Below, piece by piece: positions 1 through 8,577 of a DNA stretch of 64,000 nt (position 1 is the stretch's first letter; each line of letters opens with the position of its first letter). The stretch spans positions 1,380 to 65,379 of the IMG/VR virus record IMGVR_UViG_3300021419_000005, one strand, 5' to 3'. Below the pieces are notes generated by a model. It did not search any database, was not told where the DNA came from, and saw only the letters and a list, made by a program, of their open reading frames with translations. The stretch is from a virus (lineage: Duplodnaviria; Caudoviricetes). The translations under genes and the position numbers were made by a program.

Positions 1-80
1 ATTCAGTGAATCCGGAGAAGGTCCCCAGCTGTCCACGCACGAGGCACGGTCAGCACCAGGCAAAACGTAGGGCCTATTGC

Positions 81-224
81 GGCCAACGCCAAGGTATAGA
101 CGCCGTTGCCGGAAGCCGTAGTGGAGGGCATCGGCAGATTCGTGGAGGCAGCTTGCTGCCGGAGCGAGTCTGACGATTCCCGGAACGCAGGCTGGAGGTT
201 ATGGCGTTTCATGCCCAGTTGGGC
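81..224 (-). repeat. Integron attC-like site 1 (144 bp imperfect palindrome)
   Basis: On the minus strand it begins GCCCAAC (RYYYAAC) and ends GTTGGCC. Internal stems include CAGATTCG/CGAGTCTG, GGCAGC/GCTGCC and GACGCC/GGCGTT. Its ends are nearly identical to those of the element at 1202-1345. Confidence 0.75.
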
Positions 225-301
225 GCCGCTCCCGCCGGGGGTCTGCGACACCCGTCAACGCGGCATCATAACCGTCTGGCCATATAACAGCCCAAATGGC
301 C

Positions 302-1108
302 CTACATCTCGAAGTATAGGCACGAGATTGTCGCTTGCGTCCATTCCGCTGAAAAAAGGACATCAGTCTGGCAGGAATCCCGAACGCCGGACGACCACAT
401 CTTGGTGGGAGTCGATGGGAAACTGGGCAAGTTGGCGAACCCCGACAGGTCAGTCGCATCGATTGTCCATCGGGGACCTGCCCCCCCAGCGGCTCCTGCA
501 GATTCCACGGGCAACGACTGGAGGCAGACAGCGATGCCCTCAGCGTCGGTTCTCGAGAAAGCTCCGGCAATCCCTACGGCCTGCATTTCGTTCAGCGCAT
601 CACGACGGCCAGCAGCTCGATGCCCGGTCCAGTTTGTAGCCACACACCGTTCCGGTGTGGACTGAGTCAGTATGTATCGGCCACAAAGGAGTGCACTGGA
701 ATACGCCACGAACACCGCCCAACCGACATTTCGGCCTCGCAACGGTGACCTGCCTTTCCGCCAGTGAGTGCCAATCGCAACCACGACCACCCCCACCATC
801 ATGAGAATCCACGCGGGGATGAGTCCAGGTTGAACAGCAGGGAACCCAGGAAACTGAAGGAGACAGATCAGCCACCAAAGAATGACGCCACCAACGGCAA
901 GTCGACGGGAACGTCGAGCCTGCGCCGACGCCCCCTGCTGCCACAACAGAGGAATCGCGCCGAGCCAGACCAAAAGGACCATCAGGGTTCGTCCGTCCAC
1001 GACTCCAGTCCACCAGAACACCGAAACCAGACCAGCGGTGAAGACGCTCACGACGAGTGAGGCACGAGGAAGTGCAGGTAGTTCCGGTTCATGTGCCAAC
1101 TGCATCAA
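302..1108 (-). CDS. Multi-pass membrane hypothetical protein, single ORF of a putative integron cassette
   Basis: 268 aa ORF with about 5 hydrophobic segments. It lies between two attC-like sites whose inner ends GTTGGGCGCC (218-227) and GGCGCCCAAC (1199-1208) are perfectly complementary, as expected for one cassette. Confidence 0.6.
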   Translation of the reverse strand: MMQLAHEPELPALPRASLVVSVFTAGLVSVFWWTGVVDGRTLMVLLVWLGAIPLLWQQGASAQARRSRRLAVGGVILWWLICLLQFPGFPAVQPGLIPAWILMMVGVVVVAIGTHWRKGRSPLRGRNVGWAVFVAYSSALLCGRYILTQSTPERCVATNWTGHRAAGRRDALNEMQAVGIAGAFSRTDAEGIAVCLQSLPVESAGAAGGAGPRWTIDATDLSGFANLPSFPSTPTKMWSSGVRDSCQTDVLFSAEWTQATISCLYFEM

Positions 1109-1201
1109 TCCGTCCCGCGCTCATCGCTATTGGCAACCTCGCGAACCAGATCCATAGCGCAAACCCACACGACCCGCCCGAAACCTTGAGGCGGGATTGG
1201 C

Positions 1202-1345
1202 GCCCAACGCCAAGGCATAGACGCCGTTGCCGGAGCCCGGAGCGGACTTGCATCCGCATAGAGGTGGAGGCGCTTGCGCCGGAGCCTCTATGAGGATTCA
1301 AGGGAGCGTAGGGCGGAGGTTATGGCGTTTCATGCCCAGTTATCC
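1202..1345 (-). repeat. Integron attC-like site 2, interrupted by the prophage (forms attL)
   Basis: Same length and ends as site 1. Stems include CATAGAGG/CCTCTATG, GGCGC/GCGCC and GGCAT/ATGCC. The terminal box reads GTTATCC here but GTTAGGC when joined to the right flank at 63885. Confidence 0.75.
1332..1342 (+). repeat. attL core ATGCCCAGTTA
   Basis: Exact 11-bp match to 63874-63884; arm-type motifs lie immediately inside. Confidence 0.85.
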
Positions 1346-1389
1346 GCCAGAACCACAAAGCACCGTCACCACGGGGCTTTCGGGGAAGG

Positions 1390-1456
1390 CTGTACCGACC
1401 GAAGACCCGTGTCAGGCCGTGTCGACACTTCAATGTCGGTACAGTCGTCGGTACAG
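1390..1456. promoter_or_regulatory. Putative integrase arm-type binding sites (left end)
   Basis: CTGTACCGAC at 1390-1399 and GTCGGTACAG at 1435-1444 and 1447-1456. The same motif occurs three times at 63790-63822. Confidence 0.75.
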
Positions 1457-1490
1457 TGGAGGGCGCGCCACCTCCCCCGCCATAGGCCCT

Positions 1491-2579
1491 ATGGGGGCGG
1501 GTGGGGGAGAGTGTGGATTGGAGGTCACGGGGTCGACCAGCCGTGGACACTGGCTGCTCGTCTCGGGACAGCCCGTCGTAGGGGGCAAAGGCATCTGCGG
1601 TACCCACGATGGGGAAACCTGGAGCATCACCTACAACGACCTCGGAGGGATCTGGGAGGTCGTGAACGAGGACATGGAGGTTCGCCCGTTCGCTTCGGAT
1701 GTCGAGGCGGCCGAGTGGCTTGCCAGCTTCAATGGCTGGGAGGAGCCTCGCCAAGGGGAAGTCCCATCTCCCGGTCTCTCGGTTCCGCCTTTCCCCATGC
1801 CCCACACCGGTCTCCTCGTCGCCTTCGAGGGGGTCGACGGGTCCGGCAAGTCCACACAGGCGGATCTGCTGGTTGCAGCCCTCCACGCGCTCGGGGTCCC
1901 GACTGTTCTCACAAGGGAACCGACGGGCGGGCCATGGGGCCGCCGCATCCGAGAGAGCTTCTCGGGCGAGCGGCTGCCTGCGTCGGAGGAGCTGGATGCG
2001 TTCATGCGTGACCGGGAGGAGCACGTCGCATCCGTCATCCGGCCAGCGCTGCTCGCCGGCAAGGTCGTGGTGGTCGACCGCTACTACCTGAGCACCGTGG
2101 CCTACCAAGGGGCTCGCGGACTCGACCCTGATGTGCTGCTCCACCAGAACGAGGCCATCGCTCCCCGGCCGGACATCACACTCCTATTCGACCTTCCGGT
2201 GGGGGAAGCCCTGAACCGCGTCGGTCGGCGAGGGCAGGCCAACAGCTTCGAAGCTCGTGACGCGCTTGAGAAGGTCGCGCAGATCTACGGCTCGGTGTCG
2301 CTTCCCGGGTTGGTCAGCATCGACGCCAACCGGGCTGTGGCACCAGTGTTCCGCCACGTCCTTCGGCTGGTCCTTGAAGCGCTGCAGGCCTCAGTCAAGC
2401 ACAACTGCCACACCTGCAAGTGGTTCCTCTCGGTCAACGAGGGCGCCCTGGAGTGCCAGCTCGACCACCTCCCCGAGGTCCGCGCATGGCAGAAGGCCCA
2501 GACCTTCCAGCTCAACGAGATGCCGGTTGAGGACGCCGAGGGTTGTCCTCCGTGGTCGCCGAAGGGTGGTGCGCCATGA
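1491..2579 (+). CDS. tmk: Thymidylate kinase with N- and C-terminal extensions (start uncertain: 1491 or TTG 1518)
   Basis: LVAFEGVDGSGKSTQ P-loop, TREP, VVVDRYYLSTVAYQG and PDITLLFD motifs. The listed start at 1227 crosses attL and is unlikely. Confidence 0.9.
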   Translation: MGAGGGECGLEVTGSTSRGHWLLVSGQPVVGGKGICGTHDGETWSITYNDLGGIWEVVNEDMEVRPFASDVEAAEWLASFNGWEEPRQGEVPSPGLSVPPFPMPHTGLLVAFEGVDGSGKSTQADLLVAALHALGVPTVLTREPTGGPWGRRIRESFSGERLPASEELDAFMRDREEHVASVIRPALLAGKVVVVDRYYLSTVAYQGARGLDPDVLLHQNEAIAPRPDITLLFDLPVGEALNRVGRRGQANSFEARDALEKVAQIYGSVSLPGLVSIDANRAVAPVFRHVLRLVLEALQASVKHNCHTCKWFLSVNEGALECQLDHLPEVRAWQKAQTFQLNEMPVEDAEGCPPWSPKGGAP

Positions 2580-2686
2580 CCGCCGCCGCCACCCCACCAG
2601 GCCCCGGTCTTGTCGACCTGCCCACCGTCGTCGCCGCTGCTGCATGGCTCGTCATTGTCATCCAGCTCGCCGCCCACCTCTCCTGA
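2576..2686 (+). CDS. Small single-TM hypothetical protein (36 aa)
   Basis: ATGA overlap with the tmk stop; hydrophobic LPTVVAAAAWLVIVIQLAAHL. Confidence 0.4.
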   Translation: MTAAATPPGPGLVDLPTVVAAAAWLVIVIQLAAHLS

Positions 2687-2813
2687 CTCGCTCCCCTCTG
2701 TCGAGCTGAGACCGGTCCTTCCTGCTCGAGCCTGAACTCCCCCGGGGTGATGTATTGCCCCACAAGGTGCGGCTCGGACGGCGGAGGGGAGCACATCCAC
2801 CTGGAGGCCAACG

Positions 2814-4700
2814 ATGTCGGCCCCACTCAACACCATTCGCTCCACCTACACCCACTTCGGGATGTGCGTTGGCCTCGGCGGCATGTCGCTCGGACTGACG
2901 CGGGCCCATGCCCGTGTTGGCCGCTTCGAAGCCCGCTTCCGCTGCCTTGGAGGCATAGACTCTGACCCGGCGGCGTGCCGCGACTTCGAACGCCTCACCG
3001 GCACCAAGGCCACCTGCCGCGACCTCTTCGACCTCGAGGACTTCCGGGCCTACCACGCCCCCTGCAAGACCGCGCGGAAGCGGTGCAAGGCGTGCGGCAA
3101 CACGGGCGAGCCCCCACCCGGCTGGAAGGAGGTGGCCCCGGCCGACGTCCTCGCCGCGGCCGGCGGAGAGTGCCCCGACGTCTTTGCTTGGAGTCCGCCG
3201 TGCAAGGGCAACTCCGGCCTGTTGAACCGGAAGAGTGCCCAGAGCGAACGCTACCAAGCCCTCAACCGCCTCGTCCTCCGGTGCCTGGTCCTCGCGCTGG
3301 AGGCCTTCAAAGACGACCCGCCGGCCTTGGTCATCATGGAGAACGTGCCCCGCATCGTCCAGCGGAGCCGGGACCTCCTCGACGCCGTCACCGGCACCCT
3401 CCGCGCCTACGGCTACCAGGTCGCCGAGACCACACACGACTGCGGCGAGCTCGGCGGGCTCGCCCAGAGCCGCAAGCGCTTCCTCCTGGTGGCCCGCCAT
3501 GCTCGGAAGGTGCTGCCCTTCCTCTACGAGCCCCCGCGCAGGCGACTGCTCGGAGTAGGCGAAGTGCTGTCCACGCTGCCGATGCCTGACGACGAAGAGG
3601 CCGGGTCCATGCACCGACTGCCTCGCCTGCAGTGGCAGACCTGGCTTCGGCTGGCCCTCATCGAGGCCGGCAAGGACTGGCGCTCCCTCAACCGCCTGAA
3701 GATTCGGGACGGGATGGTCGAGGGCCTGCGGCTCGCTCCGGCGACCGCATGGCACCGCGGAGTCCTCGGAGTCTCTAAATGGGGAGAGGCCGCACCGACC
3801 ATCACCGGTCGCGCAGGAGCGACCACCGGGCGGTTCTCCGTCGCAGACCCTCGACCACCTCGCGAGATTGGGCGCTACCAGCCCTACGGTGTCGTTCCCT
3901 GGGAAGGGCATTGCGGCACCATCACCAGCCAAGCCGCACCCGGAGCCGGCAGCTACTCCGTGGCCGACCCGAGGTGTACCACCAGTCGCGGGGGCGCAGG
4001 CAAGCACCGCGTCACGGGCTGGGCTGAGCCCGCTGGATGCGTCATCGGCGCCTCCACGACCGGCCAGGGTGCCACCGCCGTCGCCGACCCCCGCCTCGAT
4101 TGCGACGCCGACAACCGCCAGACCCGCCGCCACAACAACGTGTACCGGGTCATCCGCTGGGATGAGACCAGCACCACGGTGACCGGGGCAGCGGGCAACA
4201 GTCGGCCCAACGTCGCGGACCCTCGCCCGACCTGGTCGAAGACCGAGGGCGGGGACTGGTCCTCGGGCGGGCACTACGGCGTGGTCCAGTGGGACCAGCA
4301 CACCAAGACCGTCGTCGGCAACGCGAAGCACGACCGCGGCGCCTGGTCAGTCGCAGACCCTCGGCCCCTTCCCGCCCCCAAGGAGCAGTGCTGTCCCGTC
4401 ATCATCTCGCTCGACGGCACCCGGCACCGCCCGTTCACCACGCTGGAGCTCGCCGCGCTCCAAGGGTTCCCCACTCGACTGCTCGATGGGTCCCCGCTTC
4501 GGCTGGATGGTCGCTCGGACTCCGACCACCGCATGCGCATCGGCAACGCGGTCCCGCCCCCGGCCTTCGAGGCGGTGGGCAGCGTGATGCTCGAAACCCT
4601 CCTCCGCCAGCAGATCGGTCAGAGCTTCACGCTCTCGGCCCTGCCCGTCTGGGTGCAGCCCCTCGCCGCCGCCCTCTCCGTCGACACCCTCGAGAACTGA
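2814..4700 (+). CDS. DNA (cytosine-5) methyltransferase, large phage type
   Basis: GxGG motif I, catalytic SPPCKG, IMENV, AQSRKRF, ELAALQGFP and RIGNAVPP; GGAGG RBS. Confidence 0.92.
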   Translation: MSAPLNTIRSTYTHFGMCVGLGGMSLGLTRAHARVGRFEARFRCLGGIDSDPAACRDFERLTGTKATCRDLFDLEDFRAYHAPCKTARKRCKACGNTGEPPPGWKEVAPADVLAAAGGECPDVFAWSPPCKGNSGLLNRKSAQSERYQALNRLVLRCLVLALEAFKDDPPALVIMENVPRIVQRSRDLLDAVTGTLRAYGYQVAETTHDCGELGGLAQSRKRFLLVARHARKVLPFLYEPPRRRLLGVGEVLSTLPMPDDEEAGSMHRLPRLQWQTWLRLALIEAGKDWRSLNRLKIRDGMVEGLRLAPATAWHRGVLGVSKWGEAAPTITGRAGATTGRFSVADPRPPREIGRYQPYGVVPWEGHCGTITSQAAPGAGSYSVADPRCTTSRGGAGKHRVTGWAEPAGCVIGASTTGQGATAVADPRLDCDADNRQTRRHNNVYRVIRWDETSTTVTGAAGNSRPNVADPRPTWSKTEGGDWSSGGHYGVVQWDQHTKTVVGNAKHDRGAWSVADPRPLPAPKEQCCPVIISLDGTRHRPFTTLELAALQGFPTRLLDGSPLRLDGRSDSDHRMRIGNAVPPPAFEAVGSVMLETLLRQQIGQSFTLSALPVWVQPLAAALSVDTLEN

Positions 4701-4714
4701 GCCTGGAGACCCAC

Positions 4715-6358
4715 ATGCCTAACATCACCCCCGAAGAGGTCCGTGCTCTCCGCGAGGCCGCCTCCCCCGGCCCACTTCGGCTGGCCCAGATGGACTCAGC
4801 CCTGGACCCGACCGAGCTCTTCCGCGGCTACCTCGAGCGCGGCTCGGGGCCCGTATGGGGAGTCCTCGTGCCCGAGCATCCAGACACCATCGATGGGTGG
4901 GCAGACCGACCCCAGCATGGTGCGGTCTCCTGCTGGACCGGCAACGGGCCGACTTCCGAGGCCAACGCAAGGCTCTACCTCCGGGCGCCCGACATCGCTG
5001 ACGCGTACCTGACCGAGCACGCTCGCGCTGAAGCTGCTGAGACTGCAATCGGTGCCGCCATCGACACCATCTGCGGCGACGCTCGTGACTCCGGCCCTCC
5101 GCTGCTGGTGCAACTGCAGCACGCGGTCGAGGGCCAGACGAAGCAACTGGCAGACGAGATTCAGCGGTACGAGGAGCAGTACGCCCGCGCCGAAGCCCTC
5201 GCCGCCCTCCTGCGCAAAGCCGCCGCCCCCCTCAACCTCGCCGGGGTCCTCCTCGACGACTCCGACGAGTGGAAGGCCGCCGCCGCAGCCGTGGTCGCGC
5301 ACGTGGACGGCGTCGAGCCCAGTGCCGTGCTCGAGGGGTGGGCGCTGCTCGATGCCCGGCGGGGTGGCGGCCTTGAGCCAGTGGAAGTGGACGTGCTCGA
5401 CCCTGACGTCCCGCCGGTCGACGTGAAGCACTTCGAGTGCAGGCGGTGCGAGTGGGTTGGGCCAAAGTCGGCGCTGGAACACCACATGTCTGGCAGCCTG
5501 TGCCCCAAGTGCCGCATCGTGCTGTGGGACAACGGGCTCCCCTCCACTGAGGCGAGGCTGGTGCCGCCGGCCGACGATGAGGTGGGGCGACTGCGGGCTC
5601 GGGTGGCTGAACTGGAGACCAGCCGGGCGCGAATCATGCGGAAGTACCTCGACCTGAACCGCCAACGGCCCAGCCTGCCGCCCCGTGTCGCCGCATCTGA
5701 CGCCCTTGCGGCCATGGTTGCGGCCGTGTCCGAGCCGCTGGACTGCGGACACGGGCTGGACTGCTGGGATGACGAGCGGAATGTCTGCACCCGATGCGAG
5801 GCCGAGCAACTCCGCGAGCGCGTGGCCGAGCTCGAAGCCGCCTGCGAGCTGCAGCAGAACGACACGACCACACTACGGCGCGCGCTCACCGACTCGCTGG
5901 AGGCCGCTGGCTACAGCGAAGACCCCGACATGGACTGGCCGCGGTTGCCGGGAGTGGTGGCTGCAATGCGGGCGCGCGTGGCCGAACTCGAGGCCATCCC
6001 CGGAACAGCAACCATTGAAGCCGCCATGAAGAACATCGAACGGCTGACTGGGATGCTGGAGGTCGAGTGGCGCGAGGGCGTGCCCAGCGCCGAAGACGTC
6101 GAGGCGCACGCGGCTCGGTCTGCAGCATGGTTGATCGAGGACCGCGGGCTGGGTGAGGTCAGTCCCGCCATCCTCAAGGTCGCCGACGGGTACATCTGGA
6201 TGAGAGACGTCAGCGACCTCGCCCCATGGCGGCAGGTCCACGACCAAATCGCCCGCGCAGTCCCGGCCGGGTGGGAATGGCAGCCCGTCCCCTGGCCCGT
6301 GCGCGGCGCCGACGACGGTGCAGCCTCCGGCGCCGAGGAGGTGGCCGATGAAGGTTGA
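4715..6358 (+). CDS. Ead/Ea22-like mosaic coiled-coil phage protein with CxxC motifs
   Basis: N-terminus LREAASPGP...EANARLYLRAP and repeated RARVAELE; RBS GGAG before ATG 4715. Confidence 0.6.
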   Translation: MPNITPEEVRALREAASPGPLRLAQMDSALDPTELFRGYLERGSGPVWGVLVPEHPDTIDGWADRPQHGAVSCWTGNGPTSEANARLYLRAPDIADAYLTEHARAEAAETAIGAAIDTICGDARDSGPPLLVQLQHAVEGQTKQLADEIQRYEEQYARAEALAALLRKAAAPLNLAGVLLDDSDEWKAAAAAVVAHVDGVEPSAVLEGWALLDARRGGGLEPVEVDVLDPDVPPVDVKHFECRRCEWVGPKSALEHHMSGSLCPKCRIVLWDNGLPSTEARLVPPADDEVGRLRARVAELETSRARIMRKYLDLNRQRPSLPPRVAASDALAAMVAAVSEPLDCGHGLDCWDDERNVCTRCEAEQLRERVAELEAACELQQNDTTTLRRALTDSLEAAGYSEDPDMDWPRLPGVVAAMRARVAELEAIPGTATIEAAMKNIERLTGMLEVEWREGVPSAEDVEAHAARSAAWLIEDRGLGEVSPAILKVADGYIWMRDVSDLAPWRQVHDQIARAVPAGWEWQPVPWPVRGADDGAASGAEEVADEG

Positions 6359-6494
6359 ACTCATCTTCGCTTGGTACGACCTGTGGGTCGGCTTCTACTG
6401 GGACCGGAAGAACCGGTGGCTCTACTTCCTGCCTGTGCCGATGTTTGGACTGGTGTTCAAATTTGGCGCCGAGGAGGTGGTCGATGCCCAATGA
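6348..6494 (+). CDS. Small aromatic-rich phage protein (48 aa, below the ORF-track cutoff)
   Basis: MKVELIFAWYDLWVGFYWDRKNRWLYFLPVPMFG...; GAGGAGG RBS; overlaps both neighbours. Confidence 0.7.
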   Translation: MKVELIFAWYDLWVGFYWDRKNRWLYFLPVPMFGLVFKFGAEEVVDAQ

Positions 6495-6762
6495 GTACCG
6501 CCTGCAAGGCTGCGGGCTCCCCTGCACGCTGGACGACTGCCCGCCGGGGCTGTTCATGGCCCTGAACGACGACGGCACCCCGTCTGGGCACGTGGGCCTG
6601 AAGACGCAGTACGGCCTCACCAAGCTCTCGGATGCCGGCAACGGTCGGGTCTACGCCAACGTCTCCAGCGAGACGGAAGCCTTCGTGGCTGCGAGTGGGG
6701 AGTTCTGGGGCGCCGAGGGGCTGGTCGTGCCTCTCAGCGTGGAGGTGGTCGATGCCGAGTGA
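6484..6762 (+). CDS. Hypothetical phage protein
   Basis: MPNEYRLQGCGLPCTLDDCPPGLF...; GGAGG RBS; translationally coupled to its neighbours. Confidence 0.65.
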   Translation: MPNEYRLQGCGLPCTLDDCPPGLFMALNDDGTPSGHVGLKTQYGLTKLSDAGNGRVYANVSSETEAFVAASGEFWGAEGLVVPLSVEVVDAE

Positions 6763-7492
6763 CCTCCACATCTACATCGCCGGCCCCTACACCAAGGGCG
6801 ACACAGCCCGCAACATCCGCGTGATGCTCGACGCCGCTCAGTGGGTGGTGGACATCGGCGCCCACCCGTTCGTCCCGCTGCTCTCCCACTTCTGGGAGAT
6901 GGTCCACCCCAACCCCTACGAAGTGTGGATGCGTTGGTGCCTGTCGTGGGTGCGTCGCTGTGATGCAGTCCTCCGGCTCCCCGGTGAGTCTTCCGGCGCT
7001 GACCGGGAGGTTGCGCTCGCCGAGGAGTTGGGAATCCCGGTGTTCACGGACAGGGCCGCACTCGCGAAGTGGGTCTTCACCAATGGCGGAGAGGTGGCCG
7101 ATGCCGAGAACGCATGGGCCGACCTGAACCGCCGGGCTGCTGCTGTGCCTGGCTTCGACCCGCAACTCGGTGAGCGCCTCGCAGATGGTCGCATCGTGTG
7201 TGACCTGAACGACGACGGCTCCATCTTCACCGCGTTCGGTGATCGGGACCGCCGAGCCCCAATGGGGCCGGACATGGGCAGCGCGGGAACTCGGGGCTTC
7301 CGGCGGGCGGCGCTTGGGAGCCCCGCGCTCAGCTACGAGCACCACCCGGAAATCGGCACGTGGAAGTGTGGGCTGATGCTCCACGGTCGAGGCGTGCACG
7401 ACTTCGTCGGGTACGGCTCCTCGTTGGAAGAGGCCGAGGCCGCCGCACTCGTGGCCCTGGCCGAAGCGCGCCAGCAGTGGGGGCCGGGATGA
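6752..7492 (+). CDS. DUF4406/nucleoside 2-deoxyribosyltransferase-like protein with C-terminal extension
   Basis: IYIAGPY ... CDAVLRLPGESSGADREVALAEELGIPVF signature. Confidence 0.8.
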   Translation: MPSDLHIYIAGPYTKGDTARNIRVMLDAAQWVVDIGAHPFVPLLSHFWEMVHPNPYEVWMRWCLSWVRRCDAVLRLPGESSGADREVALAEELGIPVFTDRAALAKWVFTNGGEVADAENAWADLNRRAAAVPGFDPQLGERLADGRIVCDLNDDGSIFTAFGDRDRRAPMGPDMGSAGTRGFRRAALGSPALSYEHHPEIGTWKCGLMLHGRGVHDFVGYGSSLEEAEAAALVALAEARQQWGPG

Positions 7493-7710
7493 AGCGGCTG
7501 GCCAACTTCCTCAAGCCGACCGCGCTGCACTTCCTGCGAATCGCCGCAGTCCTCCTCTTCTGCAGAACCCTGGCCGCTGTCAACGGTTGGGACCCCACCC
7601 ACGTCATCGCCGTGACCGCGCTGTGCTTCGCGATGACGAACACACCCGAAGACGGATGCACATCTGTGCACGAGCCCAGCCGCGACGACCGCGGGACGGA
7701 GGACGCATGA
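7489..7710 (+). CDS. Small membrane hypothetical protein
   Basis: ATGA overlap; two hydrophobic segments. Confidence 0.5.
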   Translation: MKRLANFLKPTALHFLRIAAVLLFCRTLAAVNGWDPTHVIAVTALCFAMTNTPEDGCTSVHEPSRDDRGTEDA

Positions 7711-7952
7711 CCGAACACCGCTTCTACCCACAAGCCACAGGCGAACTCAAGACGGCGCATGGCGAAGACCCGTTTGATGCGCTGCACAACCTCATCGAAG
7801 CGACACCACCCGGAGAGGCGTTCAAGCTGATCGATGAAGACATCGTGTGGGAGCCCCACGAGAACGCTCCACCTGAACTTTGCATCACGTACCAAGTGGA
7901 ACTCAGGTTTTCCGTGGCCATTTCTGAGAAGCCCAAGGCGGAGACAACATGA
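7707..7952 (+). CDS. Hypothetical protein
   Basis: MTEHRFYPQ...; GGAGG RBS; ATGA overlaps on both sides. Confidence 0.6.
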   Translation: MTEHRFYPQATGELKTAHGEDPFDALHNLIEATPPGEAFKLIDEDIVWEPHENAPPELCITYQVELRFSVAISEKPKAETT

Positions 7953-8455
7953 ACCCGGAATCGTTCACTGTGGAAACCAGCATCAGCGCCGCCTACCAGG
8001 CGAACCGCGATGTCCGAAAGGCACGAGAGGCGCTCGACATCGCCAAAGCGGTGCAGGACGCCACGCGGGACCTCTGCATGGGCTTCGAGGACGAGGTGGC
8101 CACACTCCGCAGACGCATCGCCGAACTGGAGCAGCAAGCCGCCGACCACGAACAGGCCGACGTCAACGACCGCATGAGCGAGCCCGAGTCCATCCCCGTG
8201 GCCGAGCTCGCCGAGGTGCTCGGGTGTGAAGCTGATGCAGGGGCGGTGCGCTCGAGGGTCCAGTGGTTCGCAGGCTACGAGCGGGCCGGCAGTGACATCG
8301 AGGGATGGAGGCGCCTCTGTCGTGCGGTTCGACTGGATGGCGGCGAAGCCAGCCCAGAAGAGGTCGCGGAGGCCGTGGAGGCCATTGCACGGGAGCTTGA
8401 AAGTGCGAAGAAGGCGTTGGAGTCACCGCTCTCCCCTGACAGCACCTCCCAATGA
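7949..8455 (+). CDS. Coiled-coil hypothetical protein
   Basis: 168 aa ORF coupled to the upstream gene, followed by a hairpin. Confidence 0.65.
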   Translation: MNPESFTVETSISAAYQANRDVRKAREALDIAKAVQDATRDLCMGFEDEVATLRRRIAELEQQAADHEQADVNDRMSEPESIPVAELAEVLGCEADAGAVRSRVQWFAGYERAGSDIEGWRRLCRAVRLDGGEASPEEVAEAVEAIARELESAKKALESPLSPDSTSQ

Positions 8456-8474
8456 CAGGACCGACCGTAGCCCC

Positions 8475-8501
8475 AAACCCCGCCGAGTGATCGGCGGGTT
8501 T
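8475..8501 (+). terminator. Probable intrinsic terminator
   Basis: AAACCCCGCCGA-GTGA-TCGGCGGGTTT hairpin at the end of the operon. Confidence 0.6.
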
Positions 8502-8543
8502 CGGCGTTCACGAGGCCACCAACGAATCTCGATTTCACCACAA

Positions 8544-8577
8544 AACTTGTGGCGCAGATATTATCACAAGTTAATAG
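8544..8577 (+). promoter_or_regulatory. AT-rich promoter/operator region
   Basis: Inverted repeat AACTTGTG-N13-CACAAGTT in a locally AT-rich patch upstream of 8652. Confidence 0.5.

Noticed and set aside
106-639. ORFs 106-639 and the 5' part of 1227-2579 share RLWRFMPS
   Set aside because: The shared peptide only reflects translation through the two attC-like repeats; it is not protein homology.
81-1345. Repeats considered as a CRISPR array or transposon ends
   Set aside because: They are 144 bp, about 1 kb apart, internally palindromic with divergent middles; no cas gene or transposase is present.
2658-4331. 557-aa minus-strand ORF
   Set aside because: Shadow of the C5-methyltransferase.
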